Positions 11,350 to 23,159 are shown, counted from the stretch's first letter. The stretch is DNA of 32,773 bases from Octopus bimaculoides (GCF_001194135.2 NC_068990.1:90145179-90177951); one strand, 5' to 3'. Notes: generated by a model from the letters alone, not told the origin. Numbers and translations are program-made.

Positions 11350-12290
11350 CAATCAAACCAAATATAACTGCTTATATTACTCGTAGCCTTTGTAAAGACG
11401 GGAAAATTGGTACCGCTTTGTTAAGGATTTTGGTTAACTTCTGCTTTTGACAATATTGTATTTTTCAAGGATATCTTTGAGTTTTACTTTTAATAATGGA
11501 ATGTTTTGATGGATAATTCTGTATGTTTTTTTTATGTTTCCAGGTTTGTCTGTTGTGTTAAAAAGCTAGAGCATATAGTGTATTTCAATTGTTTTTGTAC
11601 TTCATAATTCTTTGGCACGTTCTATTCTGTTATTAATTAATTTGTCAGTTATTGTCTTTCAAGTAGAATTTGTCTTAATTTCAAGATATTTTTTTTCGAG
11701 TTGTAAAATGAGAAACAATTGAGCATAGTTTTTTCCTTTTTAGATTAAACTGGATATTTACTTTGGTACATTTTAGGTGGTAAGATGTAAACAACATGTA
11801 TGGTTTAGAGTCTGTCGAGTTGTAGTAGATGTCAGTTTCAATTTCCTGTATACTTTCGATTATTAACACACCCAGGAAATGTAGTTGATTTAAACCGTAT
11901 GCCATTCTGAACTGTATATCGTTGTTTATGTTATTAATTAGGATTTCAAAATCATTAAGTTGTTCAAGATGGTGGTTCTACAGAATGAGGCAACCAATCA
12001 AGTAACGTTTCCAATTTTCTAAAACATGTTTGTGGAAGTCGATGCGGTACATTATTTAGATTGTTCATATATTTGAACTTCTTGCTATATAATGACCAGA
12101 TTGTCCAAAGTTGGGGAAAACTTCGTTCTCATCACGGTTCTCATTTATTTGTAAATGCTTACCATTGAGTCCGAAAAAGTATTTTGCTGGATGAATTTCA
12201 TTTTTTGCATTTTAAAAATATTTTCCTCCATGTTGGGACCGCATGTTTAAAAAGACTCGTAAACATCATTAAAGACATCTTAGCAATTTA
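11350..12290 (-). pseudogene. Decayed Penelope-like element reverse transcriptase and linker
   Basis: Motifs in order: DVTSLF-like; TVMRTKFSPT (GTAMGTKFAPT-like); ENWKRYLIGCLI (decayed YLDD, 11990-12004); LHFLGVLII..IETDIYYNSTDSKPYMLFTSYH; LKLRQILLERQ*..IERAKEL; KSRS*PKSL. It stops before the GIY-YIG domain. Confidence 0.85.
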
Positions 12291-13817
12291 CAATTTTAAT
12301 TATATTTTTGGCAGTCTAATTTCATGTTACTGCGATGCAAATTCACAGTTTCTAAGATTTCCCCCGTAGTTCATTACTGAATCAAAGACGCTAAATGCAA
12401 TTAACATAATCATCGTTTGGAAAACATTTGCAATTTGCGATTACTGAAGCTAATACAAATGAGTAGAATTGTCTGAAAGCTACATACATATTTAAATATT
12501 ATTTCATACAGGGATTTCATGATATTCATATGCATTTTTGCTAACGAGTGTATATAATACATCGCGGCTGTCAAATAGCTGCGGTTTATGGTATATAGTT
12601 TTATATTAAGCACATTTGCTGAACCCTGATACACAAAAATACTTACATATATACATACATACATACACGAACACACATGTATTATATATCCACTTCATTA
12701 AATGTGTGCGTAACTTAATATATATTGCCTAAATAATCACAGTAGTGAATACTATAAGAAACGTCTTGATGTAGTGGAAGATCTAGTTGGTGTGCACCAT
12801 GGACAATTCGTTGCGAATGAAAGACGCCTCCGAGGATGTGCCAAAGAAATGTAGATTATCAAAGAAAGAACAAACATCAAAGCTCTTATTCTTCTGCCGC
12901 AATCCAAAGAGATTTAACGCAAGTGAGAGACTGCTTCAAACAATCGATGTTCTTACAATAGTTTTTCGTAAAACTAACGACTATAAAAGATGAAATATAA
13001 AAATAGAAGCAAATAAACCAAAATCATGGATGCCATGAGAAAGATCTGCGACAAAACTTTGTGAAAAATTATCTGAATTTTTTGTCACTCAGATAACAGT
13101 CAAGGATAACAGTTCGAAGCGGGAACTCGGACAAGGTACAAAGGCAAGCAGCAGAAAATTTCCGAGATCCAGTGCTGGTGACTGGATTATATAATGCCTG
13201 TATAATAGGTCTCGAGTGTTTTCATCAGTTAAACTGGACACAAAGTATTCAATGTCCGCAGGGATCAGAGCATTAGTGGACAGCAGTAGACCTGCCCTTG
13301 TAATTGTCATGTTTGATCGAATTCATCAATTTGGCTGACATAAAAACTCAAAACAAGGCATATCTCACCCGAATGCCATGCAACTCAAAGCTTAGAAGTA
13401 GCGAGTAGACGCAGGAACACATTAATAATAAGACAATGGCTGAAAGATAAGATTCTTTAATACTTCCCAACTGGAATTGTCGCGAAAAAGAGGACAGAAG
13501 AAAACCAGTCTTTCATTCTCTGAATCCTGTGAGGTGGGTATTGTCACCACGTCTCTGATATAAGGCTATGTGAGATAATGGACAATGGACATATATAAAT
13601 TCAAATGATTTACAGCATATATTATGTACTAGAGTCATATAAAGACATTGGTTTTCTATTATTCTTGTTTGTTGCATTTCTTTATCCCATTTTGAGGCGT
13701 TTATTAGATTTCTTGGCCTGAAAACTCAGGCTTAACGTACTTAATTATGTTTATATGTAACTTAGAAACGCGCGATAATGCAAAATATATATTTTATGAC
13801 GAGTATTACGAAAATAT

Positions 13818-13990
13818 AAAATGGCGGCCATGGAATTGTGTATGAATTTATCAACATTGATTTATGAATTTTCCATGCTTTTACGATTCGAAAATTCTAC
13901 AACTTAGTTAATATCCAAATATTTTGAACGAACTTGTATTCGTTAACGTAGTGAAGCTGGTTACATGGCTGGTGGATATTTTATTACCAC
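13818..13990 (+). promoter_or_regulatory. Candidate promoter-proximal first exon
   Basis: YY1-like AAAATGGCGGCC at 13818-13829, CpG motif aacgcgcgat just upstream, and a perfect donor CAC|GTAAGT at 13991. Possible start ATG at 13965 (MAGGYFIT). Confidence 0.25.
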
Positions 13991-14326
13991 GTAAGTAGAT
14001 CTTGTTTTTAAGTGGTTCTTCAGTTTAGATAATTAATAGCTTTAAGCTTGATATTTTTCATTCTTACTGAGTATTCTCACTAATTCGTTTGCATAATAAA
14101 ATAATTTTCAGTATAACTTCAAAAAATGTGTTCACTTATGTAAGATTGTGCTCAGTTTTGCAAGTTTTTATTGACTTTAGCTCCAACCCTCGAGCGAGCC
14201 ATTTTCCAACCTTCATAAACGGTTAGTTGGTACATATTCGATTTTTTCGAAGTTTTTCCGTACAGTATCATCAATTTGTGGTATATATAGTTCACTAATA
14301 TACGACTTAATGAAAGATATTATAGA

Positions 14327-14490
14327 TTGCCAGGCTTTTACAGTTCCAGGCTGGACAAGCTACCGCTGAAATGGCAAGAGTGTATTGACAATATGGGTGC
14401 ATACTTTGAGGAATAAAACTATTCCTTGTATTTATAAAACATTAGCGAACTTTTATTTCATTTTTACAAACTTTATACTTGGCGACCTAA
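14327..14490 (+). mobile_element. Mariner transposon 3' end (transposase C-terminus and putative right TIR)
   Basis: LPGFYSSRLDKLPLKWQECIDNMGAYFEE* (stop 14414-14416) matches the mariner C-terminal pattern KLPxxWxxCIxxxGxYFE. It is followed by ...tatacttggcgacctaa|TA. No left TIR was found. Confidence 0.75.
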
Positions 14491-15004
14491 TATTTCTTTC
14501 CACAAGCTAACGATTTTGCTAACCCGCGGCCCTCTTAATAATGCTACTAATAAAACCTCTTTATATTAGGGGTCAATGGACGGTGTCGGCTTCTAGCAAA
14601 AGGATCTCCTAACTCGCTGTTTCTGATCATAAAAGTAGATCAATATCGAATGTTAATATAATGTTATATCAATATATTTTATATTAGAAATCAGCATGAT
14701 GACATATATATTATTTCGGCTGTGATTTTGGGCTAGATTTTAAATCTATACTTCTAGAATTATCAATCAGTTTCTCATACTTTATTTATAATGACATATT
14801 TCACGTTGAATATCACATTATATCTATGACATGTGGAAGCTTGGCTCTAGGTTTCATGCTTATATGCATATGCTTAAATGTACACGCCCAAACAAATGTA
14901 TAAATATACCCAAATGCATATGCAGTGTGTACATGTACGTATATGTGTGCAATTATAATACACATTCACACCATCACACATACATACAAACATGCATGCA
15001 TACA

Positions 15005-15043
<39 letters not shown>

Positions 15044-15199
15044 NNNNNNNNNNCACACACACACACACATATATATATATACATATATACGTATATGTAT
15101 ATATGTATGTGTATATATATTTTTCTATTTTTTCTATTTTCTATTTTCTATTTTTTCTATGTTCTATTTTCTATTTTCTCTCTCTGTTTATTTATGTGT

Positions 15200-15365
15200 T
15201 CCTTTTTGTTGAAGAGCGTAGGCTCGAAACGTAAAAGACTTTCTCACTTCCCGAGCGTTAAACTAATACATCTGTTTGGTGTTTACACACCCATCTTCGT
15301 CTTTTGTTTTCTTTTTTTTTTTTGTAAATTCTCACTAAATATTACAGCCGATGAAGGGCGGCCTA
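15200..15365 (+). mobile_element. Probable Penelope terminal-repeat fragment containing a hammerhead-like core
   Basis: TTGAAGA-gcgtaggctc-GAAAC-GTA at 15209-15233, and a second decayed CCGATGAAGGG near 15348. Confidence 0.4.
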
Positions 15366-15582
15366 TGCTATTGTCAGAAATACTTAGCCATGATCGCTAA
15401 AGTGCCTGACGAATTATGAGAGAAACATAGAAGATTTGAATACGTGAAGACGGTGGTGTTTTCGTTGCTCTGTATACGACATCTATGGAGAAGTAAGATT
15501 CCTTAGGTCGATTTGCAGACGGATTTCGACAATTACAGAGAGATGGTGTCTGTGGACAGATTTGTTGGTGTGGTAATATATC

Positions 15583-15616
<34 letters not shown>

Positions 15617-15632
15617 CTATCTATCTATCTAT
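15583..15632. repeat. (GATA)n joined head-to-head to (TATC)n
   Basis: Perfect 34-bp palindrome at 15599-15632. Confidence 0.92.
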
Positions 15633-16162
15633 ACATACATATACATACATATTTATATAGACATATACACATATATATATACACATATATATATATGCAT
15701 ATGTATGGGTATGTGTGTATATGTATAAATGCGTGCACGTATATTTGAATGAGTGAATGAGCATGTATATATGTAGGTGAGTGCATGTGCATGCGCGCGC
15801 GTGTGTATCTGTGTATATACTTACATGCATATAATTACGTATATGTTTATGCATGTGTAAATGTATAACGTATATCTATTAAGCCGAAACGCAGCTAGTA
15901 AGCTGAAAGTAACATTTTCATTGACATGCCTGTCTATTAAGCATTTCCCTCATTCATTTTCGTTCATTTGCTGTAAAGGTCAAATCCACAGCACGTGCAG
16001 TTTATTGCTTGGTTGAATGAATAGTTGTCGCTGTTGCAAGCAAACAAACAAGAAAGGCGGAATGGAACAAAGTAGAAAGATGAGAAGTTTATAGAAACAA
16101 AAGAACAGCGAGGATTTCTTTTGCCCTTATCGTGGAGATACTCCATCTTATTTTGTGTCTAT

Positions 16163-16546
16163 CGTGGCACTCCGTCGGTCACGACGACGAGGGTTCCAGT
16201 TGATCCGATCAACAGAACAGCCTGCTCGTGAAATTAACGTGCAAGTGGCTGAGCACTCCACAGACACGTGTACCCTTAACGTAGTTCTCGGGAGAGATTC
16301 AGCGTGACATAGAGTGTGACAAGGCTGGCCCTTTGAAATACAGGCACAACAGAAACAGGAAGAAAGAGTGAGAGAAAGTTACGGTGAAAGAGTACAGCAG
16401 GGTTCGCCACCATCCCCTGCCGGAGCCTCGTGGAGCTTTAGGTGCTTTCGCTCAATAAACACTCCCAACGCCCGGTCTGCGAATCGAAACCGCGATCTCA
16501 TGACCGCGAGTCTCTCGCCATAACCACTAGGCCATTGCCTCTCCAC
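16163..16546 (-). mobile_element. Full-length tRNA-derived SINE, family C
   Basis: Minus-strand head gtggagaggcaatggcctagtggtta...ggtttcgattc. Perfect 11-bp TSD tttgtgtctat at 16152-16162 and 16547-16557. Confidence 0.92.
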
Positions 16547-16696
16547 TTTGTGTCTATAATTCTTCATCAAAAGTGAGTTCTAGTAGAATCTATTTTACAA
16601 AGTAGAAAAGTTATCGCGCAGTTTGGTTGGATATGAAGAAAATAGTTTTCAAAAATCTCAAAGGATATTGACTTTATTGTCAAATACGCACCGAAA

Positions 16697-16838
16697 GCAG
16701 TGAGGTAGCAGAACTTTTAAGGCGTCGAAAAAATGTTTTCGATAAAACAGAACACCAGTCAAATATACTGGGGACAATGTATTCGACAAAACCCCTTTTC
16801 CCCAAATTGCTGGCCTTGTGCCAAAATCTAAAATTGTT
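16697..16838 (+). mobile_element. Internally deleted family A SINE
   Basis: Head remnant joined directly to tcgataaaacag...ccccaaattgctggccttgtgccaaaat tail. Confidence 0.6.
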
Positions 16839-16906
16839 ATGATATACATACATGTATCTGTCAACACACACGCACACACGTGCACACACACACACACACA
16901 CACACA

Positions 16907-16944
<38 letters not shown>

Positions 16945-17272
16945 ACTATCTATTTGTCTGTGTATACATACGAACATACAAACATATACAAGTGTATTTA
17001 TACACTAACTTTATGAACTGTGAGTATATTATTGTGCAGCTTATAGTTACATATTGGTACAACACCACATATATTTTAGGCATAAATATATACATTCACA
17101 TATACCGGAAGCATTGCATTTCACACGCTTCTAAATACCGCGCCACCTATATTTTTCAGACAGCATCAACCTATAAACGCTTCATTTGCGTATGAGCCAA
17201 CCGGTGAACTTTTAATCTGGTAGAAATATCAGTCAAATCTCCTTTAAACTTCTCAATGGTGTTGGAAAAATA

Positions 17273-17313
<41 letters not shown>

Positions 17314-17696
17314 GTACTGTAGCCCTACATATGTTATACCTGAGAGAAAGACAGGGTGATAACGCCTGAAATAAATTTATTCAAAGAATTTCTTAGTGCT
17401 TATTTGGCGCAAACTACAGCTACAACAACAACAATAAAATCATCATTCTGAGAAAGCAAGAAAATCTATTGGTGCCCTTCTTTCTCTTCCATTTTTCTGG
17501 AAACTAAAATATTTAAGTGAAATATCTTCCAACGGGAACTAAAACGGTGTCGGATCAACAGATTCATTTTTGTTACAAAGACGCTCACTTCCAACTTCCC
17601 ATGATATTGCTTGCAACTCTCACATTTAAAACGTTTACGAAAAAATTCTAATAGATCGGTGAGTTAGAAAACATTATGCTTTTATTTGTTTAGCAC

Positions 17697-17830
17697 CAGA
17701 ATTGGCTAAAGCATCAGAAAGCCGGAGAAAACGTCTTGCAGTATTTGTTCCGGCTCTTTATATTTCTGAGTTCAGATCTCGCCGAGGTCAAATTTGCTTT
17801 TCACTCCCCTGAGGTTGATGACAATAAAGA
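17697..17830 (+). mobile_element. Diverged family A SINE
   Basis: ttctgagttcagatctcgccgaggtcaaatttgcttttca matches the family body. Confidence 0.65.
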
Positions 17831-17930
17831 ATCATTGACGTTCTGGTGTGGATGTTATCGACTAGCCTCTTTCTCGAAATATCAGACCTTCCGCTTATCC
17901 TAAAATATAATTATTGACTAACAACCAACT

Positions 17931-18135
17931 GAGATGGAATGGCAAAATCGTTAAAGTCTGCGGAGAAAATGTTTGATATATTTGTTCGGGATCTTTGAAT
18001 TCAGAATTGAAATTCTACTGTGGCCAATTTCGCCTTTCATCCTTTCCGTGTCGATAAAACAAATCAGCAGTCAAGTTCTTGGGTCGATTCTATCGAGTAA
18101 CTCCCAAAACTGTTGACCCGTACCTAAATTAAAAA
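17931..18135 (+). mobile_element. Diverged family A SINE
   Basis: tggcaaaatcgtta...cgcctttcatcctttccgtgtcgataaaa...gggtcgattc. Confidence 0.7.
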
Positions 18136-18278
18136 TTATTATTTAGTACTAAAATGGTCATTTCTATTTCTATTTCTGTGAGCAAAAATGTTCCACATAT
18201 GATCGTTCTGCTTTTCTTCAGACATAACAAACATTATCCAATATGTCTGCCTATTCTTTTTCTTTCTAAATCTAACAG

Positions 18279-18345
18279 GGACTGAATTACCAACGATCTG
18301 GCAGCTGTTGCAAAATGACCTCTTGTTGGCTTCAGAACCCATTTT
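18279..18345 (+). CDS. Candidate exon (GTELPTIWQLLQNDLLLASEPI)
   Basis: Strong acceptor ttctttttctttctaaatctaacAG, open frame, weak donor GTAGTT. It is phase-compatible with 18837-18889. Confidence 0.25.
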
Positions 18346-18836
18346 GTAGTTTTCCTTGATCCCGCTCAAAAATTTACTAAAATCGCTTCTCGCAATTCAT
18401 TTCGGTTGATTTCTATGAACGTTTTCATTTGCAGACCACAAACAACTTTTACATTTTGCTACCAACAAGCATTCATTGTTTCTGGTTTTTGAAACCAAAC
18501 ATTTCATAAATTATTGAGTATTTTGACAAACAGACTTTCTTTAATAAAACGGTGAATAAGTCACGTATTGATTTCACATATTCCTACCAAATCGAAAAAG
18601 TTATTATTAGCCTCACAGGTTACTTTAATGGTAATCGATTGGTCAAGTGTAAGATTCTATAGTCAAATAAAAGCCCCCTAATCGAAAAATACTCGTATAA
18701 ATCAATGACCATTATAGCTAAAGTAATTATCTTGATAGAGTTGGTCTCAGTGTGTTTGCAAAAAAAAAAAAAAAAATGGATTGAGGTCAACAGCGCTTTG
18801 GTTGCTTGGTTATTATTTCGCTTGAGCCATTTTCAG

Positions 18837-18889
18837 TATCCTTGTTCTGATGGATGTGTTTTTGGAAATCTGGGTCAAATTTCAAAGAG
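18837..18889 (+). CDS. Candidate exon (ILVLMDVFLEIWVKFQR)
   Basis: Acceptor ccattttcAG, donor GAG|GTAGAT, 53 nt with an open frame. Confidence 0.25.
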
Positions 18890-19189
18890 GTAGATATGTA
18901 GTCTATAATGTAGAAGTGTCGGTTAAAAGATTAGACATTAAGAAAAGCGAAGGCAAGTGGAAAAACTGACGCTGTTTTCCGAGAGAAAGAATTGGCGGGA
19001 TTAGTAGCAGGAGATTAAGATTGTCCAAATCATGTCAGTTTTGGTTAACATGGACAAAATGGCAGTGGCATTGGAAGATTATTTCTTTTTGCGAATGGAA
19101 ATAGCAAGAGGACGTTTCAGAATAGAAAATAATAATAATAATAATAATAATTTGGCATGAAGAAACAAATATATCACTGACTGATATTG

Positions 19190-19335
19190 GATAATGTAGA
19201 TGGTATTGGCGACGGTGGTAGTGATGGTGATGGTGGTGGAGATGGCTGGAATTGTGGTGTTGATGGCACTGGTAGAGATGCTGGTGGACATAGTGGGGGT
19301 GGTAAAAGCAGTGTTGGTGATGGTGGTGGGGTAAA
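19190..19335. repeat. Degenerate (GGT/GAT)n low-complexity tract
   Basis: Directly visible; it gives the Gly/Asp- and Thr-rich ORFs. Confidence 0.85.
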
Positions 19336-19767
19336 TGTGGAAGGCGAATTTTTAGAGTCCTTAGAGTGGAATGTTTCCAGAAACGTAGATTCCAGAAACT
19401 TTACGTGAAGTGGGGTTTCTCAGATGTCGTGGATTAGACTATGACCCACAGTAAATATTTTGAACCATCATAGCACTCTAGTTATGTTTAGTGACACTAC
19501 AAGAGTATTGATGTCATTATAAGGCTAAAAGTATATTTACAATTGATACGCAATCTCTGAAAATTTGATAATGCATCACTTTATAAAGCATTTGTTAACG
19601 AAATACGCGTAACATGACGTACCTAAATAATTTATGAACAAATTCTCGAAATGTTTTGTCTACATGTAATGTGTGATCTTTTTAATTATGAAAATAGTGA
19701 AAGGAACTTGAGCTATAACACACGGGTTCTCTTCGCAGTTTTCTTTTTCAATATTTAAGGTTTTATT

Positions 19768-20005
19768 ATAGCGGCGAGCTGGCCGAAACGTTAGCACGCC
19801 GGGGGCGAAATGCTTAGTGGTACTTCGTCTGTCTTTACGTTCTGAGTTCAAATTCCGCCGAGGCCGACTTTGCCTTTCATTCTTTCGGGGTCGATTAAAT
19901 AAGTACCATTTACGCACTGGGGTCGATGTAATCGACTGAAACCCTTTGTCTGTCCTTGTTTGTCCCCTCTATGTTTAGCCCCTTGTGGGCAATAAATAAA
20001 TAAAT
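19768..20005 (+). mobile_element. Full-length family A SINE with an alternative 3' tail
   Basis: gcggcgagctggccgaaacgttagc...ctgagttcaaattccgccgagg...; tail ...gtttagccccttgtgggc(aata)n. Confidence 0.92.
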
Positions 20006-20018
20006 CTATAAGGTTTCA

Positions 20019-20186
20019 TTATTTCGTCTGTGTTTACGTTCTGATTTCAAATTCCGCCGAGGTCGACTTTACTTTTAATCCTTTCGGGGTCGATAAATTA
20101 AATACCAGTTGCGTACTGGGGTCAATCTAATCGACTGGCCCCTTCCCCAAAGTTTCGGGCCTTGAGCCTAGAGTAGAAAAGAATAC
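20019..20186 (+). mobile_element. 5'-truncated family A SINE
   Basis: Begins at atttcgtctg. Perfect 11-bp TSD ataaggtttca at 20008-20018 and 20187-20197. Confidence 0.92.
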
Positions 20187-20264
20187 ATAAGGTTTCACAC
20201 AGTGTCCTGTATACTGGTTATATGCCATGCAATTGAAATTTAAATCCCACAACTACATATATAC

Positions 20265-20528
20265 GTGAAAGCACATGACCTAGTAGTTAGTGCAGCAAAC
20301 TCGCGGTCGAGTGATCGCGGGTTCGAATCTCAAACCGAGTGATGTGTGTGTTTGTGAGCGAAAGGTAATGGCGAACTTCTGCTGACTCTTTCACCATATC
20401 TTTCTCTCATTCTTTCCTCACCTGCGACGGACCGGCGTCCCGTCCAGGTGGGGAGCCTATGCGCCAACCAATTCGGGAAACCGACCCTTATGAGCGAGGC
20501 ATGGCTGGAGAAGGCACAAACAACAACA
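20265..20528 (+). mobile_element. Family C-headed SINE with a different 3' half
   Basis: Head acctagtagttag...ctcgcggtc...gggttcgaatc resembles the 16163-16546 head. The 3' part differs (tgcgacggaccggcgtcccgtccaggtgggg...(caa)n). Confidence 0.75.
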
Positions 20529-21979
20529 CACATATATACATATTTCAATACATAAGTGCATACATACACACATACACACATACACACACATATATATTAA
20601 TGAATGTTTTTATGTCAAGTTATATATAAAAGCAATTTAATGTTAAATTAAAGAATTAATACTTTTTAGAGCATAGGTCTATTACACTTTGAAGTCACTG
20701 TCACACCTCTTGTAAAATTTGAGTGAGCATACACACATACATGCATGCACACACACACGCGCACGCAAACACACACACAAACATACATAAATGCATTCGT
20801 ACATATTGCTTGTTCAGAACGCATTGCATAATGAAGGTATTGAAATAAAATAGTAATTCTTTTCAAAAAAGTATGATAGCTCGAATGGAAGAGATGGAGA
20901 ATGATACAGATGCGTGCATACACACACACACACACACACACATTTATGTATGTAAGTATACATATATGCGTGTGTGTGTGTGTGTGTATAGATGGTAGTT
21001 ATTTCTACTTGTGTGTGTTTGTGTGTGTGTCTGAGGAAGTGTGTATGTATGAAGAGTCAGAGGGGAAATTAAACGCATTTTAATGACAGAAAATTCAGAA
21101 CGTATATGCCATAAATATCATGAAAATCTGAAATCAGAGATGCGATACGAAACAGTTCAAAATCAAATTAATGTCACAGATTCTCTCGAATCCCGGGGAA
21201 ATAAACAACTTAATTGCGCCATCATACATTAAAATTGGTAGAGCATCAAACTGAAATGCATCATCGATTGGAAATGCTCAAATGTGTTCCTCATATATAT
21301 ATATATATATATATNNNNNNNNNNNNNNNNNNNNNNNNNNNNNNNNNNNNNNNNNNNNNNNNNNNNNNNNNNNNNNNNNNNNNNNNNNNNNNNNNNNNNN
21401 NNNNNNNNNNNNNNNNNNNNNNNNNNNNNNNNNNNNNNNNNNNNNNNNNNNNNNNNNNNNNNNNNNNNNNNNNNNNNNNNNNNNNNNNNNNNNNNNNNNN
21501 NNNNNNNNNNNNNNNNNNNNNNNNNNNNNNNNNNNNNNNNNNNNNNNNNNNNNNNNNNNNNNNNNNNNNNNNNNNNNNNNNNNNNNNNNNNNNNNNNNNN
21601 NNNNNNNNNNNNNNNNNNNNNNNNNNNNNNNNNNNNNNNNNNNNNNNNNNNNNNNNNNNNNNNNNNNNNNNNNNNNNNNNNNNNNNNNNNNNNNNNNNNN
21701 NNNNNNNNNNNNNNNNNNNNNNNNNNNNNNNNNNNNNNNNNNNNNNNNNNNNNNNNNNNNNNNNNNNNNNNNNNNNNNNNNNNNNNNNNNNNNNNNNNNN
21801 NNNNNNNNNNNNNNNNNNNNNNNNNNNNNNNNNNNNNNNNNNNNNNNNNNNNNNNNNNNNNNNNNNNNNNNNNNNNNNNNNNNNNNNNNNNNNNNNNNNN
21901 NNNNNNNNNNNNNNNNNNNNNNNNNNNNNNNNNNNNNNNNNNNNNNNNNNNNNNNNNNNNNNNNNNNNNNNNNNNNNNN

Positions 21980-22011
<32 letters not shown>

Positions 22012-23159
22012 GTATAAAGGATCGTGGGTAAGGCCAAAACAATGCGAAGGAAATGCAAGGTAAATCACAAGAAAACAAATATGTGAATTAATCTAGACTT
22101 ACCTTGTATTCAATATTTCGGGGTTATGAGCCCATCTTCAAGAAATTGACGAATATTTTAGCTTTACCCACGACCATTTATACAATATATTCTGCACAAC
22201 TCTTCATAGTAATTATTCCATTATATTTCACTAAACCCTGGAATTTCTTCCTTCGTAAGTAGGCTGTAGCATCCTTGGCACTTATGTGAATTTTTGTTCT
22301 GTGTTATTTGTACACATTGAAAAAATACACATACATATATGTACGTATATGTATATATGCATGTATATACACATGTACATATGTGTGTGCATGTAAATAT
22401 ATATGTGCATATTTGTTATTCTTTTATATACATTTATGTATTGAAGTATAGTTTTATTTGTCGACTTAACGTCCTTTCAGACCTGGAGCTGAACTTCAAC
22501 AACAACAACTGCATGAATAAAATGGAATTAGAAAGAAGCCATGGATTAAAAACCCTACGGTACAAGACACAAATTTCCATTAAGAGCAAGGCGTCCTTCC
22601 CTTTAAATATTCGGCCATCTTGTGCACTCTAGAGTGCGAGAACTAAGCTTATAGTCTACATTCAATAGCAAAGAGAAAGCCAAGTTATTGATGGCTTAAT
22701 GACAGACTGTCGGAAAACGTGTAAATTATGAAGAGATTCTTAGCATGAACAGATTCATTCTGAAAGTACTTCTTAAGAGGAAGAAACTGGCCAAAATCAA
22801 ATAGGCAGAATTGGAATTGTCTGGACATTTCTAGAATGTTCTGCTCGGTATTTGCGTTAGCTATAGATAAAAGCGAAATTATTTTGTAAATGTAATAGTC
22901 AAACTAGAGTTAGTTTACTTAAGATTCAGTCAAGCGGCTGAAACCAACAGAATGCCTCTGTTACAAATTTATTAAACAAGATATGCTACATATGTCATGT
23001 GCATTATTGTGTGACTCAGTATCTCATGTCAGATGTGTTAAATATCAAATTCTTTCGATTAGGCTTCAGACGCAATTGTATTTGTTAAGTTTAGCAATGA
23101 TCAAATAGACTCATATAACTGCTTATAACTGTTATATAACTACATATAATTGGCGCATA

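Noticed and set aside
12076-12116. Zinc-knuckle-like PNFGQSGHYIARS (minus strand)
   Set aside because: It lacks the cysteines, and another frame gives the Penelope RT motif in the correct order.
16460-16546. tRNA-like sequence (also at 20265-20340 and 23940-24013)
   Set aside because: These are SINE heads that continue into SINE bodies, one with a TSD. No intact cloverleaf or terminator was found.
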